Shown: piece by piece, positions 21,727-31,421 of the stretch
Position numbering within the stretch: the first letter of the stretch is position 1
How the letters are laid out: every line of letters begins with the position of its first letter
Assembly (NCBI GenBank): GCA_963754925.1
Contig: CAVWHX010000003.1
Location: 1 to 64,000 of the forward strand
Source of the DNA: an uncultured delta proteobacterium
GTDB taxonomy: Bacteria; Myxococcota; B64-G9
Direction: 5' to 3'
Length of the DNA stretch: 64,000 nt
Made by a program: the position numbers and the translations under genes
The notes under the pieces: model-generated
Database searches by the model: none
Seen by the model: the letters and a program-made list of their open reading frames with translations, nothing else
What the model was told of the DNA's origin: nothing

Positions 21727-23145
21727 TCATCTATCTCTTCGCCAGCGTGTCCCGTCCTTGGTATCTTCGAGGACAATGCCCCGGCGCAGCAGATCCTCGC
21801 GCAGGCGATCGGCGCGCTCAAAGTCGCCTTTCTCGCGGGCGATTTCACGCGCCCTGAGAAGCGCCTGTGTGTCTTCGTCAAGAGGACTCTCCTCCGGGGG
21901 AAGGATATTGAGGACTCGATCAATTCGACCAAGAGCATCGAGCACCTGTTGGCTCCCGGCTTTTGAGACATGCTCCCGCGCCATAATGGCGTTGACGCGG
22001 CGCACAAAACGAAAGAGCTCCGCCAAGGCGGCTGAGACGTTGAGGTCGTCGTCCATGGCCTGGCGAAAACCGTTTTCGAGGTCCGCCTTCGGCGCGCTCA
22101 GGTCAACGCCGGTGTCCTTGTCGCAGTGCCGTAACGAGGTAATAAAACCGTCCAGACGGCGCAGGGACGATCGCGCCGCTTCCAAGGCTTCCCAAGAAAA
22201 AGCCAGCGGCTGACGGTAATGGGTGCCGAGCAGTAGGTAGCGTACCTCGCGCCCGGTGTAGTTGCGGGCCAGAATATCCCGCATGGTGGCCATGGTGCCG
22301 GAAGAACGGGACATCTTCTTGCCTTCGGCGGTGACAACCTCGCTGTGCAACCAGATACGAGCGGGAGGTTTGCCCGTCAGGGCGACACACTGGGCTATCT
22401 CGTTTTCATGATGGGGAAACATCAGGTCAACGCCGCTGGTATGGATGTCAAACTGCTCGCCCAGGTAACGCATGGCCATAGCCGCGCACTGGACATGCCA
22501 GCCGGGCCGAACGTTGCCCCATTCGGTCTTGTAGCAAGTGCCGGCTTTCAGCTCAGACAGCGTGGATCGTTTCATCAGGGTGAAATCTCGCGGGTTCTCC
22601 TTTTCGTAACTATCGAGGTCCACGGTGGTGCCGATGAGAATCTTCTCGAGGTCCACCCCGCTCAGCTGCCCGTAATTCGGAACGCGCGATATGGAGAAGT
22701 ATACCGAGCGCAGCTTTTCGTAGGCATAGCCGCCGCTGACGAGTTTGCGGGTAAGTTCGATCATGTCCTCGACATGCTCCGATGCGCGCGGGTATACCGC
22801 AGCGCGCTGCACCCCCAGCGTGTCGAGGTCTTTGAAAAATTCCGCGGTGTAGCGATCGGTGAGCTCACGCAGGGTCACCTTCTGGGCTTCAGCCTGGTCA
22901 ATGGTCCGATCGTCGAGGTCGGTGATGTTCATGACATGCTTGACCGTGAAGCCCAACCAATTGAGATAGCGCACGAGCAGATCGGCCACCACCACCCTCC
23001 GGCACATACCCAGATGGATGAAATCATGGACCGTGGGGCCGCAGGAGTAGATTCGAACCTCTTTCGGATCAAGCGGCTCGAATCGTTCCGGGCGGCGCGT
23101 CAACGTGTTGACGAGAAACAACTGCGACACCGCTTCTTGGTCCAC
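21727..23145 (-). CDS. cysS: Cysteinyl-tRNA synthetase (probably the C-terminal part of a CysM-CysS fusion)
   Basis: YSCGPTV, HLGM (HIGH variant), GRPGWH-like VRPGWHVQC, FPHHENE and KMSRS. Confidence 0.9.
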   Translation of the reverse strand: MDQEAVSQLFLVNTLTRRPERFEPLDPKEVRIYSCGPTVHDFIHLGMCRRVVVADLLVRYLNWLGFTVKHVMNITDLDDRTIDQAEAQKVTLRELTDRYTAEFFKDLDTLGVQRAAVYPRASEHVEDMIELTRKLVSGGYAYEKLRSVYFSISRVPNYGQLSGVDLEKILIGTTVDLDSYEKENPRDFTLMKRSTLSELKAGTCYKTEWGNVRPGWHVQCAAMAMRYLGEQFDIHTSGVDLMFPHHENEIAQCVALTGKPPARIWLHSEVVTAEGKKMSRSSGTMATMRDILARNYTGREVRYLLLGTHYRQPLAFSWEALEAARSSLRRLDGFITSLRHCDKDTGVDLSAPKADLENGFRQAMDDDLNVSAALAELFRFVRRVNAIMAREHVSKAGSQQVLDALGRIDRVLNILPPEESPLDEDTQALLRAREIAREKGDFERADRLREDLLRRGIVLEDTKDGTRWRRDR

Positions 23146-24056
23146 TTCGGGACCGCCGGCACCTGGAACAGCGACGTCGAGAGATACCGCTCGCCGCTGT
23201 CCGGAAAAACCACGACGATGCAGCCCTTTTCGATTTGCCGGGCGAGCTCCACGGCCACGTGCGCGGCCGCGCCAGAGCTCATGCCGACGAACACGCCGTG
23301 GTTGCGGGCCAGGCGGCGCGCCATCTCAAACGCGTCATCGTCTTGAATATTCACTTTTTCATCCAGGGCTGAGCGGTCGAAGATCCCCGGACGATAGGCT
23401 TCCTTTAAATTCTTCAGACCCTGAATTTTGTGGCCGAGGTACGGCTCGACGCCGATGATCCGCGCCGCGGGCGCCACCTCGCGCAGGTACCGCGAGATGC
23501 CCATCAACGTGCCGGTCGTCCCCATGGTGGCCACCAAGTGAGTCAAGCGTCCACCGCTTTGCTGCCAGATTTCCGGGCCGGTCGTGCGGTAGTGGGCCGC
23601 CACGTTTTCGGGGTTGTTGAACTGGTCGGTCATGAAGTAGTCGGTCGGATTATCGCGCACCCGCTCGTAGACCGCTTCAATGGCGCCGTCCGTGCCCAGC
23701 TGGGCCGGCGTGAGCAGGAATTCGGCTCCGAGGGCCGCCAAGATGCGGCGGCGCTCCACGCTCACCGCCTCGCTCATGGCCAAGAGAACCCGATAGCCCT
23801 TCGCCGCCGCTACCATGGCGATACCGATGCCGGTATTGCCGCTGGTTGCTTCGAGGATCGTCTTCTCGCGGGTCAGCTCGCCGGTCTGTTCGCCGTGCTC
23901 GATCATGGCTAGAGCGATTCGGTCCTTGATCGATCCGCCGGGGTTGCGCGACTCGAGCTTCGCCCAGATTTCGACGTTCGGATTCGGGCTTAACTTTTCG
24001 ATCGGAACCAGTGGCGTATTGCCGATTGACGCAAGAATGCCAAGGCGCTGTGTCAT
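23100..24056 (-). CDS. cysM: PLP-dependent cysteine synthase (CysM/CysK family)
   Basis: IGNTPL, NPGGSIKDR, TSGNTGI, GTTGT and DSGERYLST. Confidence 0.88.
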   Translation of the reverse strand: MTQRLGILASIGNTPLVPIEKLSPNPNVEIWAKLESRNPGGSIKDRIALAMIEHGEQTGELTREKTILEATSGNTGIGIAMVAAAKGYRVLLAMSEAVSVERRRILAALGAEFLLTPAQLGTDGAIEAVYERVRDNPTDYFMTDQFNNPENVAAHYRTTGPEIWQQSGGRLTHLVATMGTTGTLMGISRYLREVAPAARIIGVEPYLGHKIQGLKNLKEAYRPGIFDRSALDEKVNIQDDDAFEMARRLARNHGVFVGMSSGAAAHVAVELARQIEKGCIVVVFPDSGERYLSTSLFQVPAVPKWTKKRCRSCFSSTR

Positions 24057-24186
24057 GATCTCTCCGCGAGTTTAACCGGGAGAAAAACCTATACTAGCTA
24101 TTGATTAAGGTCAATGAGAACGAGGCACATCGAAGGCGGGGTCGGGCGCCATGAGTTCTCGATGAAAACGATTGAGGTACGCCCTG

Positions 24187-24312
24187 TCAGAGATGTTTTC
24201 CATACCATCGCATGAACACCCAGAACCCATGGTCGCCTGACTCCTTTTTACATTGACGCAAACCCGTCCCCACCATCGCGCACCACAATGTATTCGATAT
24301 CTTTTCCTTCAT
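24187..24312 (-). CDS. Small hypothetical protein (41 aa; may be longer if frameshifted)
   Basis: Strong AAGGAGGAG RBS before the ATG, downstream of a sigma54-type motif; MKEKISNTLWCAMVGTGLRQCKKESGDHG... Confidence 0.4.
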   Translation of the reverse strand: MKEKISNTLWCAMVGTGLRQCKKESGDHGFWVFMRWYGKHL

Positions 24313-24422
24313 TTTCTCCTCCTTCCAAGGTACCTTTGGTAGATACACGAATCCCTTTCCCTGGGTAGGTAGTTGTTGAGCTAACTCAGCTCGGTTACGA
24401 CATTATTTCCGCTGAGATATTT

Positions 24423-24439
24423 AGCAAATCCCGTGCCTA
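24423..24439 (-). promoter_or_regulatory. Sigma54 (-24/-12) promoter
   Basis: Minus strand reads TAGGCACGGGATTTGCT, matching GGCACG-N4-TTGC. Confidence 0.6.
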
Positions 24440-24579
24440 AAATAGCAGCACTTAGGCAACCTAGTGAAAAATAAAGAGTCGCAGGACGTTGATTGCGCGG
24501 ATTACGTATCAGAATCGGGAGTAACCATGAAAAGTTATTGAGATGATATCAATACAATGTGGCATTGTTTCACAGGTAT

Positions 24580-25197
24580 CTATCTGCCGTCGAGCTTAAG
24601 CTCCATGCGCCGGTAATCGTCCACAAGACCGGCAGGCCCCGGAAATTTTTGAAGTCGAGTAACAACGAAACCGAGCTTTTCATAAAGAGCCTGGGCACGG
24701 GGATTGTTCGCCGAGACGTCCAGCGACAAGATTTGTTTTCCTTGTTGCACGGCGACCGTCCGCAGGTGACGAATCCAAGCCGTCGCGATGCCGCGACTTT
24801 GTGCGTCAGCTCGCACACCTCCGTGAGTAATGTATAGTGCGTTACGCGAAGGAGCTGGACAGATGGCCTGGAGGTGCAGGCCCCTATACGCCCACCGAGG
24901 AAAAGCCTGGGGGCAGAAGCGAATGACCTGCACCGTAAGCTCAAGGATGCGGCGCCGATACTCATTGGCGCTGAAAAACGTACTGATGCCAACTATCTCA
25001 TTGTTCAACATAGCCACGGGATGGTTGCTCCAACTAAACAGGCCCGTTCCCTGAGAAAATGCACACGCTATAAACTCCTGAGCCGTATGCTTTCCAAGCG
25101 AAAAACCATACTCCAAAGGTTTCGGACCTGAGCTATAGATGAGCGGTACGGCAATCTCGGCATCGGATGGTTGCGAGGGACGGAATTCAAATTCCAT
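24580..25197 (-). CDS. GNAT-family N-acetyltransferase
   Basis: QSRGIAT, LDVSANNPRAQALYEKLGF. Confidence 0.85.
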   Translation of the reverse strand: MEFEFRPSQPSDAEIAVPLIYSSGPKPLEYGFSLGKHTAQEFIACAFSQGTGLFSWSNHPVAMLNNEIVGISTFFSANEYRRRILELTVQVIRFCPQAFPRWAYRGLHLQAICPAPSRNALYITHGGVRADAQSRGIATAWIRHLRTVAVQQGKQILSLDVSANNPRAQALYEKLGFVVTRLQKFPGPAGLVDDYRRMELKLDGR

Positions 25198-25332
25198 GTG
25201 TGAACCCCCGGCGACAAACTTTTGGCATGTGGTTTCTAGCCACAGCAATAATCGGCACTTGTATAGTATCAACCAACTTCTAAGTCAAGCTGAGAATTCG
25301 GATGCGGATGGCTTTGGCGGAAAAGCTTATGA

Positions 25333-25533
25333 TCACAGATCGAGGGTTACGATTTCTGAAGTCGGGGAAATCACCGAGTCGTCTTCAGCCTCTTTAAGAT
25401 ACCGGACAATTGCCTCTCGAATGTTTGTAAGCGCCGCCTCTTTGGTATCACCTTCGCTCATACAACCAGGCAAGCACGGAACAAGAACCGTATAACCATG
25501 ATCATTTCGCTCAAGAACTATCTTCAGATTCAT
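25333..25533 (-). CDS. hicB: HicB-family antitoxin-like protein
   Basis: GYTVLVPCLPGCMSEGDTKEAALTNIREAI; GGAGG RBS. Confidence 0.8.
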   Translation of the reverse strand: MNLKIVLERNDHGYTVLVPCLPGCMSEGDTKEAALTNIREAIVRYLKEAEDDSVISPTSEIVTLDL

Positions 25534-25690
25534 TGTGCCTCCCTAAAAACCAACATGTCGTATCAATGTTATTTATATACCAAGATTTTGAAAATGCAAG
25601 ATACCGTGAACTCTGGCAGCGACTCAGTTTGCAAGAGGCTCACGGGTGTTCGGCAGATGGCATTAGCTTTGTAGTGATGTCATTTCGAGC

Positions 25691-25960
25691 GTTAGAGCCC
25701 GTTAGCGAACGCAGTGAGCGTTACGGGGTCTTATCCCTTTAGGGGTTAGAGCCCGTTAGCGAACGCAGTGAGCGTTACGGGGTCTTATCCCTTTAGGGGT
25801 TAGAGCCCGTTAGCGAACGTAGTGAGCGTTACGGGGTCTTATCCCTTTAGGGGTTAGAGCCCGTTAGCGAACGTAGTGAGCGTTACGGGGTCTTATCCCT
25901 TTAGGGGTTAGAGCCCGTTAGCGAACGTAGTGAGCGTTACGGGGTCTTATCCCTTTAGGG
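25691..25960. repeat. Tandem array, 5 x 54 bp, of the hairpin element, nested in a TGTCAT-type REP-like palindrome
   Basis: Unit GTTAGAGCCCGTTAGCGAACG(C/T)AGTGAGCGTTACGGGGTCTTATCCCTTTAGGG starts at 25691, 25745, 25799, 25853 and 25907. Confidence 0.95.
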
Positions 25961-26005
25961 GCAAAGCGAGAAATCTAATCAGCGATGAGATCGTATTTAG
26001 ATATC

Positions 26006-26045
26006 TCCCTTCGGTCGATATGACATCCCTTCGGTCGATATGACA
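26006..26045. repeat. 20-bp tandem duplication of a REP arm
   Basis: TCCCTTCGGTCGATATGACA x2. Confidence 0.85.
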
Positions 26046-26177
26046 ACTATTCGGTTGTGGATCAGTTTGCCGTGTTGTTCGACGAATACCTGTAAGCCTC
26101 TAACTAACCCGCTACCGACATTTCGATTGAACATCTCAACTCAAATAAAAGTTGGGAACCTCCCCTAAATTAATCTC

Positions 26178-26242
26178 TTGACAAACTATTTTCTGCCGGT
26201 ATTTTTGGCTACATTATAATGATTATATATATTGTAATATAT
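26178..26242 (+). promoter_or_regulatory. Putative sigma70 promoter and AT-rich palindromic operator upstream of the GntR gene
   Basis: TTGACA at 26178; palindromes CATTATAATG and ATATATT-GT-AATATAT. Confidence 0.4.
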
Positions 26243-26285
26243 TATCTAACTTTTTGATGTATCAAAATAAAAGGAATCACGATAG

Positions 26286-27011
26286 ATGTTTAATGTCATT
26301 CGTTCCAGCAAGGCTCCCCAACTAATCATTTCCCAGATACGTAAGCAAATATTTGAGGGAAAACTCGTACCCGGCGATAGACTTCCTTCCGAGAGCAGGC
26401 TCATGGAACAATTCCAGGTAAGCAAACAGACGTTAAGGGAGGCGCTTCGGGCCCTGGAGGTTATCGGCCTCATCGAAATCAAAAAAGGCACCACCGGCGG
26501 GGCATACATTGCCGAAATGGATAGCCAGATTGCCCTTGAAGTCTTGGCAAACTTCCTCTATTTCAAAAAACTTTCAATCCATAACATGACCGAAGTGAGA
26601 AAGATTATAGAGCCATACTCAACCGGTATCGCGGCCGCCTCCATGCAGGATGGGGACATCGACACCCTAAAGAACCTGATTGAGAAGACCAAGAATGAAT
26701 TTAATTCAGACGGTGATTCAAACCATTCGTTCAATGATGACCTGGAATTTCATTGTGTGATTGCCAAGAGTACAAAAAACCCTTTGCTTATTCTGATGGT
26801 AGATTTCATTGAATCACTGATGGCGGATAAAAAGACGGTGATAAACCCGAGCAGGGAATTTAGGACGTCCATCCTAGAAGCTCACGAACGTATATATGAT
26901 TCAATAATTACGAGGGATTCCGACCGCGCCAGAACTGAGATGAGCCGGCACATAACTGAAGTGGAAGAGTACATGCTGAAACTCGAAGTTAAGAAAACTA
27001 ATATATTGTAA
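26286..27011 (+). CDS. GntR/FadR-family transcriptional regulator
   Basis: PGDRLPSE...VSKQTLREAL HTH and an FCD domain. Confidence 0.9.
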   Translation: MFNVIRSSKAPQLIISQIRKQIFEGKLVPGDRLPSESRLMEQFQVSKQTLREALRALEVIGLIEIKKGTTGGAYIAEMDSQIALEVLANFLYFKKLSIHNMTEVRKIIEPYSTGIAAASMQDGDIDTLKNLIEKTKNEFNSDGDSNHSFNDDLEFHCVIAKSTKNPLLILMVDFIESLMADKKTVINPSREFRTSILEAHERIYDSIITRDSDRARTEMSRHITEVEEYMLKLEVKKTNIL

Positions 27012-27031
27012 TTAAAAAACAGGAGTTTTAA

Positions 27032-28624
27032 ATGTCAGCGGCACCGAAAGAACGCTATTTTTTCACTGTTGATCGAGCAGAGATTGACCCCATAAGCGGA
27101 GAGAAACCGCTATCGTTGAAATACCATGCGGGCGGCGCATGGTATGAGTCTCGTACCAAAAGATACCAACCCTGCTACGATCCATCAACCGGCGCCGTTA
27201 TCGCGCATGCCCCCTTATGCACCGCCGATGAAGTAGAAAAGACCATTCAGGCTGCGGTCAGGGCTTACCCCAAATGGGCCGACACACCGGTTACCAAACG
27301 AGTTCAGGTGCTTTTCAAAATGAAAGCATTAATTGACCAGCACCTGGAAGAACTGACGCATTTGTGCGCCAAGGAACAGGGAAAAAAATGGGATGAAGCC
27401 ATGGGCGATATTCTCAAGGTGAACGAGGTAGTAGAGTTCGCCTGCGGAGCGCCGCACATCATGAAGGGCGAATCGCTCATGAATGTCTCAACCGGTTATG
27501 ACACAACGCGTTATAATCATCCCATCGGTGTATTTGTCGGCATCTCCCCTTTCAATTTTCCGGGTATGATACCCCACGGATGGATGGCGCCCATCTGCGT
27601 AGCGGCCGGCAACGCCATGATTATAAAACCGCCGAACGTTGATCCCCAGACGTCCATGCGCATCATGGAGCTGTGGCAAGAAGCCGGCCTTCCCGACGGG
27701 GTATTAAACCTTATTACCGCCGATGCGGCCGAGGCGGAGATCTTCCTTCGCCATCCGGACATCAAAGGCATAACGTTTGTCGGCTCCAATCGCGTGGGCG
27801 AGCATATCTACGCCACCGCCGCGGCCAACGGCAAAAGAGTGCAGGTTCTGACCTCCGCCAAAAATCACGCGTTAGTGCTGCGCGACTGCAAGGTGGAGCG
27901 CACCGCCCTGGGCATTATCAACGCTTTTTGCGGGTGCGCGGGAGAACGCTGCATGGCTCTGCCGGTCGTTGTCGTCGAAAACGCGATCGCCGATCGTTTG
28001 ATTGCCGAGCTGAAAAAGCATGTAGCCCGCATAACACTTGGAAAAGCATACGACAAAGCCACCGGATTGGGTCCGGTCGTACATACGGCGCACCAGGAAT
28101 CGGTGTTGAAGTGGATCGAGACAGGAATCAAGGAAGGCGCGGAGCTTATTGTCGACGGACGAAATCCCACGGTTGCTCCCGGCTGCGAAAAAGGCTTTTT
28201 CATCGGCCCCACCATTTTCGACAAGGTGACGGAGGATATGTCGGTTGGCCGCGAGGAAGTTTTCGGACCGGTGCTTTTCATCAAACGGGTGAACAGTTTT
28301 GAAGAAGGCCTGAAAATCATGAACAGCAGCCGGTACGCCAACGGCTCGGTTATCTATACCCAGAACGGCTACTACGCGCGCGCCTTCGCAAAAGAGACGG
28401 ACGGCGGCATGGTCGGCATCAATGTGGGTATTCCGGTGCCAGTCGGCATCTTCGGATTCACCGGCCACAAAAAGTCCTTTTTCGGCGACCTGCACGTCAT
28501 GGGCCGGGATGGGTTTATATTCTTCACGGAAAGTAAAAACGTCACGGCCACGTGGTTCGATGAAACCGCCGCCGACCACGGGAAGGTAGATACTTGGGAC
28601 GGGACCGTGTCTGTGAAAACGTAA
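27032..28624 (+). CDS. mmsA: CoA-acylating (methyl)malonate-semialdehyde dehydrogenase
   Basis: PFNFP, FVGS, AKNH, GCAGERCMA, EEVFGP, GINVGIPVP and SFFGDLH. Confidence 0.85.
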   Translation: MSAAPKERYFFTVDRAEIDPISGEKPLSLKYHAGGAWYESRTKRYQPCYDPSTGAVIAHAPLCTADEVEKTIQAAVRAYPKWADTPVTKRVQVLFKMKALIDQHLEELTHLCAKEQGKKWDEAMGDILKVNEVVEFACGAPHIMKGESLMNVSTGYDTTRYNHPIGVFVGISPFNFPGMIPHGWMAPICVAAGNAMIIKPPNVDPQTSMRIMELWQEAGLPDGVLNLITADAAEAEIFLRHPDIKGITFVGSNRVGEHIYATAAANGKRVQVLTSAKNHALVLRDCKVERTALGIINAFCGCAGERCMALPVVVVENAIADRLIAELKKHVARITLGKAYDKATGLGPVVHTAHQESVLKWIETGIKEGAELIVDGRNPTVAPGCEKGFFIGPTIFDKVTEDMSVGREEVFGPVLFIKRVNSFEEGLKIMNSSRYANGSVIYTQNGYYARAFAKETDGGMVGINVGIPVPVGIFGFTGHKKSFFGDLHVMGRDGFIFFTESKNVTATWFDETAADHGKVDTWDGTVSVKT

Positions 28625-28648
28625 CAACGTTCTCATTAAGGATTGACC

Positions 28649-30121
28649 ATGAACGAGAAGAAGACAGCATTGACCGAGATTGTCGGCGCGGATGGTGTTC
28701 TTGAAAATCCTGAAATAGGAGAGTTGTTCTCGTCAGGATTTAGTCAAATTCCGCCCATGCGGCCCCGCTTCAAGGTCAAACCGAACACGGCGGACGAGGT
28801 GCAAAAAATCGTCACGTGGGCAAACCGGACACGGACGCCGCTGCTGCCCGTGAGCTCCGGAGAGCCTCATCTTCGAAGCGATACGATTCCGCAAGCCCCC
28901 GAATCGGTCATGGTCGATCTGAGCGGCATGAACAAAATTCTGAAGATCGATCGGAGAAACCGGATTGCGCTGATTCAGCCCGGAGTAACGCATGAACAGC
29001 TTCTGCCCGAGCTTCAAAAAGAAGGGCTGCGAATCAATATGCCCTTTATGCCGCGGCGCACCAAGTCGGTCATCGGAAGCCTCCTGGAGCGAGAACCGGT
29101 CATGTCGCCAAAGTTTCAGTGGAACCTGCTTGAACCGCTTCGCAGCCTTGAGATCGTATGGGGTAACGGGGACAAGTTTTATAGCGGAAGCGGCGTCTTT
29201 AGGGGCGAAAAGGAAACCGATTGGAAAGAGGGGCTCGTGCCGGTGCAGGGAGTCGGGGCCGGGCCGAGCCAGGTGGATTTCTATAAATTCGTTTCGGCGG
29301 CGCAGGGCAGCATGGGTATCGTCACCTGGGCATCCGTGAAATGCGAGGTCTTTCCGGAGGTTAGAAAACTTTTCTTTGTTCCTGCGGAACGACTCGAGGA
29401 TTTAATTGATTTTACCTACAGCCTATTGAAGTTCAGGTTCGGCGATGAGCTGTTCCTGATGAATAACGCGTGTATGGCATACGCCCTGGCTACGAGCGCC
29501 GATGAGGTTGAGTCGTTGAAAGATGCGCTCCCCGCATGGGCAGTTATCAGCGGCATCACCGGCGGACAGATTTTACCCAGAGAACGGGTTGAAGCTCAGG
29601 AAAACGACATGAGGGATCTAGCGCAGAAATCTGGATTAGCCATGGTGCCGGAGGTACCGGGCTTACGCTCCGAAACGATGACGGAGCGTATGCTTAAACC
29701 ATCTGAAGAACCCTACTGGAAACTGAGATACCGGGGAGATGTGCAGGAACTATTCTTCCTGACCACGCTTGATAAAACCACGGGGTTCACCTCGACGATG
29801 TATGCATCCGCGCGCGAACACCGTTACCCGTCTTCGGATGTCGGCGTGTATATCCAGCCCGCCCACCAGGGAGTATGCTGTCATTGCGAATTCATCCTTC
29901 CGGTTAATTCAAAGAATAGGTCTGAGGCACAGAGAGCCGGCGCGTTATACCGTGAGGCCAGCTTCAGCCTATTCAAGCAGGGAGCCTTTTTCTCGCGTCC
30001 GTATGGCATATGGGCCGAGATGGTGTATAACGCCGACGCCATGACGACGGTAGCCACGCAAAAGGTCAAGCACATTTTTGATCCCAACAATGTTATGAAT
30101 CCTGGGAAGCTCTGCTTTTAA
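28649..30121 (+). CDS. FAD-binding oxidoreductase (VAO/PCMH, GlcD-like)
   Basis: FAD_binding_4 N-terminus, QGSMGIVT and FDPNNVMNPGK. Confidence 0.8.
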   Translation: MNEKKTALTEIVGADGVLENPEIGELFSSGFSQIPPMRPRFKVKPNTADEVQKIVTWANRTRTPLLPVSSGEPHLRSDTIPQAPESVMVDLSGMNKILKIDRRNRIALIQPGVTHEQLLPELQKEGLRINMPFMPRRTKSVIGSLLEREPVMSPKFQWNLLEPLRSLEIVWGNGDKFYSGSGVFRGEKETDWKEGLVPVQGVGAGPSQVDFYKFVSAAQGSMGIVTWASVKCEVFPEVRKLFFVPAERLEDLIDFTYSLLKFRFGDELFLMNNACMAYALATSADEVESLKDALPAWAVISGITGGQILPRERVEAQENDMRDLAQKSGLAMVPEVPGLRSETMTERMLKPSEEPYWKLRYRGDVQELFFLTTLDKTTGFTSTMYASAREHRYPSSDVGVYIQPAHQGVCCHCEFILPVNSKNRSEAQRAGALYREASFSLFKQGAFFSRPYGIWAEMVYNADAMTTVATQKVKHIFDPNNVMNPGKLCF

Positions 30122-30149
30122 AAATAAAGGCGCTGAAGGAGTAAAAGAA

Positions 30150-31421
30150 ATGGCACTGGAAAACTTCTTGGCGGAATCAGACCGTTGCAGTCAGTGTTCG
30201 TACTGCAAATGGATCCCGTTTGATCAGATGAAGAGCTGGAGATTCGCCAAGAACTGTCCCAGCATTTCATATAATAATTTCAACAGTTATTCCGCCCGCG
30301 GCAGATACGCGCTGACGCGCTCTCTCCTGAAAAAACAAAGTGGCTACACCGATACCGTCCGCCACATTGTATTCACGTGCATGGCTTGTGGATCATGCGA
30401 TGTAAGCTGTAAGGTCTGCCGCTACAATCTCGAACCTTTGGATATGGTGAAGGAACTGAAGTTTAAACTGGTTGAAGACGGCCAGGGTCTTGATAAGCAC
30501 AAGACGCTCATGAAGGCGCTCGCTCAAGACCACAACACCATGATGCAACCGAGAAGCAAACGCGGCGATTGGGCGGAGGGTCTGGACGTGCCGCGTGCGT
30601 TCTCACAAAAATGCGATGTTCTCTTTCATGCCGGTTGTAGACTCAGCTACGATACCTCACTCCAAAACTCCGCCCGCTCCGCGGTGACCCTCCTCAAGAA
30701 CGCCGGCGTCAAGATCGGCATCATGGGAGAACGAGAAATGTGCTGCGGCGGCAGAGCGTACTCGATGGGCTATAGAGACGAATTCAATCGCTTGGCAACG
30801 GCAACGATGAGCGCCTGGTCAAAAGCCGGCATACAGACGGTGGTCACCTCATGCGCCGACGGCTATCATGCATTTAAGCGTCTCTACGCAGCATTGGGTT
30901 CGCGCATCGAGGTGCTGCATACCTTAGAACTCATCCATCGACTGATACAACAGGGCACGATCGCGTTTCGTTCGGCAGTGCCGATGACGGTCACCTATCA
31001 CGACCCCTGTCACCTGGGGAGGCAGGGAGAACCGTATGTTCCCTGGCAGGGTGTTGAAAAAAAGATCAAGAAACAAATCATAGCCTATGAGCCACGCAGG
31101 CCGCGATACAACGGCGCCTGGGGCGTCTACGATGCGCCGCGGGAGATACTCAACGCGATACCGGGCCTGCACTTGGTGGAGATGCAGCGGATACGAGAAT
31201 ACAGCTGGTGCTGCGGTGCGGGCGGAGGGGTTCGCGAAGCCTACCCGGAGTACTCAAATTGGACAGCGACCGAGAGAATCGCGGAAGCCAAGGCCACCGG
31301 CGCCGAGGCGTTGATCAGCGCCTGCCCCTGGTGCGAAAGGAATTTTCTGGATGCCATCAACGGCGCCGGGGAATCGATGAAAGTCTACGATATCATCGAC
31401 CTGGTGCAGAAGGCTGTTTGA
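30150..31421 (+). CDS. Fe-S/CCG-domain oxidoreductase (GlcF/HdrD-like)
   Basis: CSQCSYC, CMACGSCDVSC, MCCGG, YHDPCHLGR, WCCGAGGG and ACPWC. Confidence 0.88.
   Translation: MALENFLAESDRCSQCSYCKWIPFDQMKSWRFAKNCPSISYNNFNSYSARGRYALTRSLLKKQSGYTDTVRHIVFTCMACGSCDVSCKVCRYNLEPLDMVKELKFKLVEDGQGLDKHKTLMKALAQDHNTMMQPRSKRGDWAEGLDVPRAFSQKCDVLFHAGCRLSYDTSLQNSARSAVTLLKNAGVKIGIMGEREMCCGGRAYSMGYRDEFNRLATATMSAWSKAGIQTVVTSCADGYHAFKRLYAALGSRIEVLHTLELIHRLIQQGTIAFRSAVPMTVTYHDPCHLGRQGEPYVPWQGVEKKIKKQIIAYEPRRPRYNGAWGVYDAPREILNAIPGLHLVEMQRIREYSWCCGAGGGVREAYPEYSNWTATERIAEAKATGAEALISACPWCERNFLDAINGAGESMKVYDIIDLVQKAV

Noticed and set aside
25533..25742. 69-aa ORF
   Set aside because: It runs into the repeat array and has no RBS or recognisable motif.
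25691..25960. CRISPR array
   Set aside because: The units are contiguous and near-identical, with no unique spacers and no cas genes in the window.
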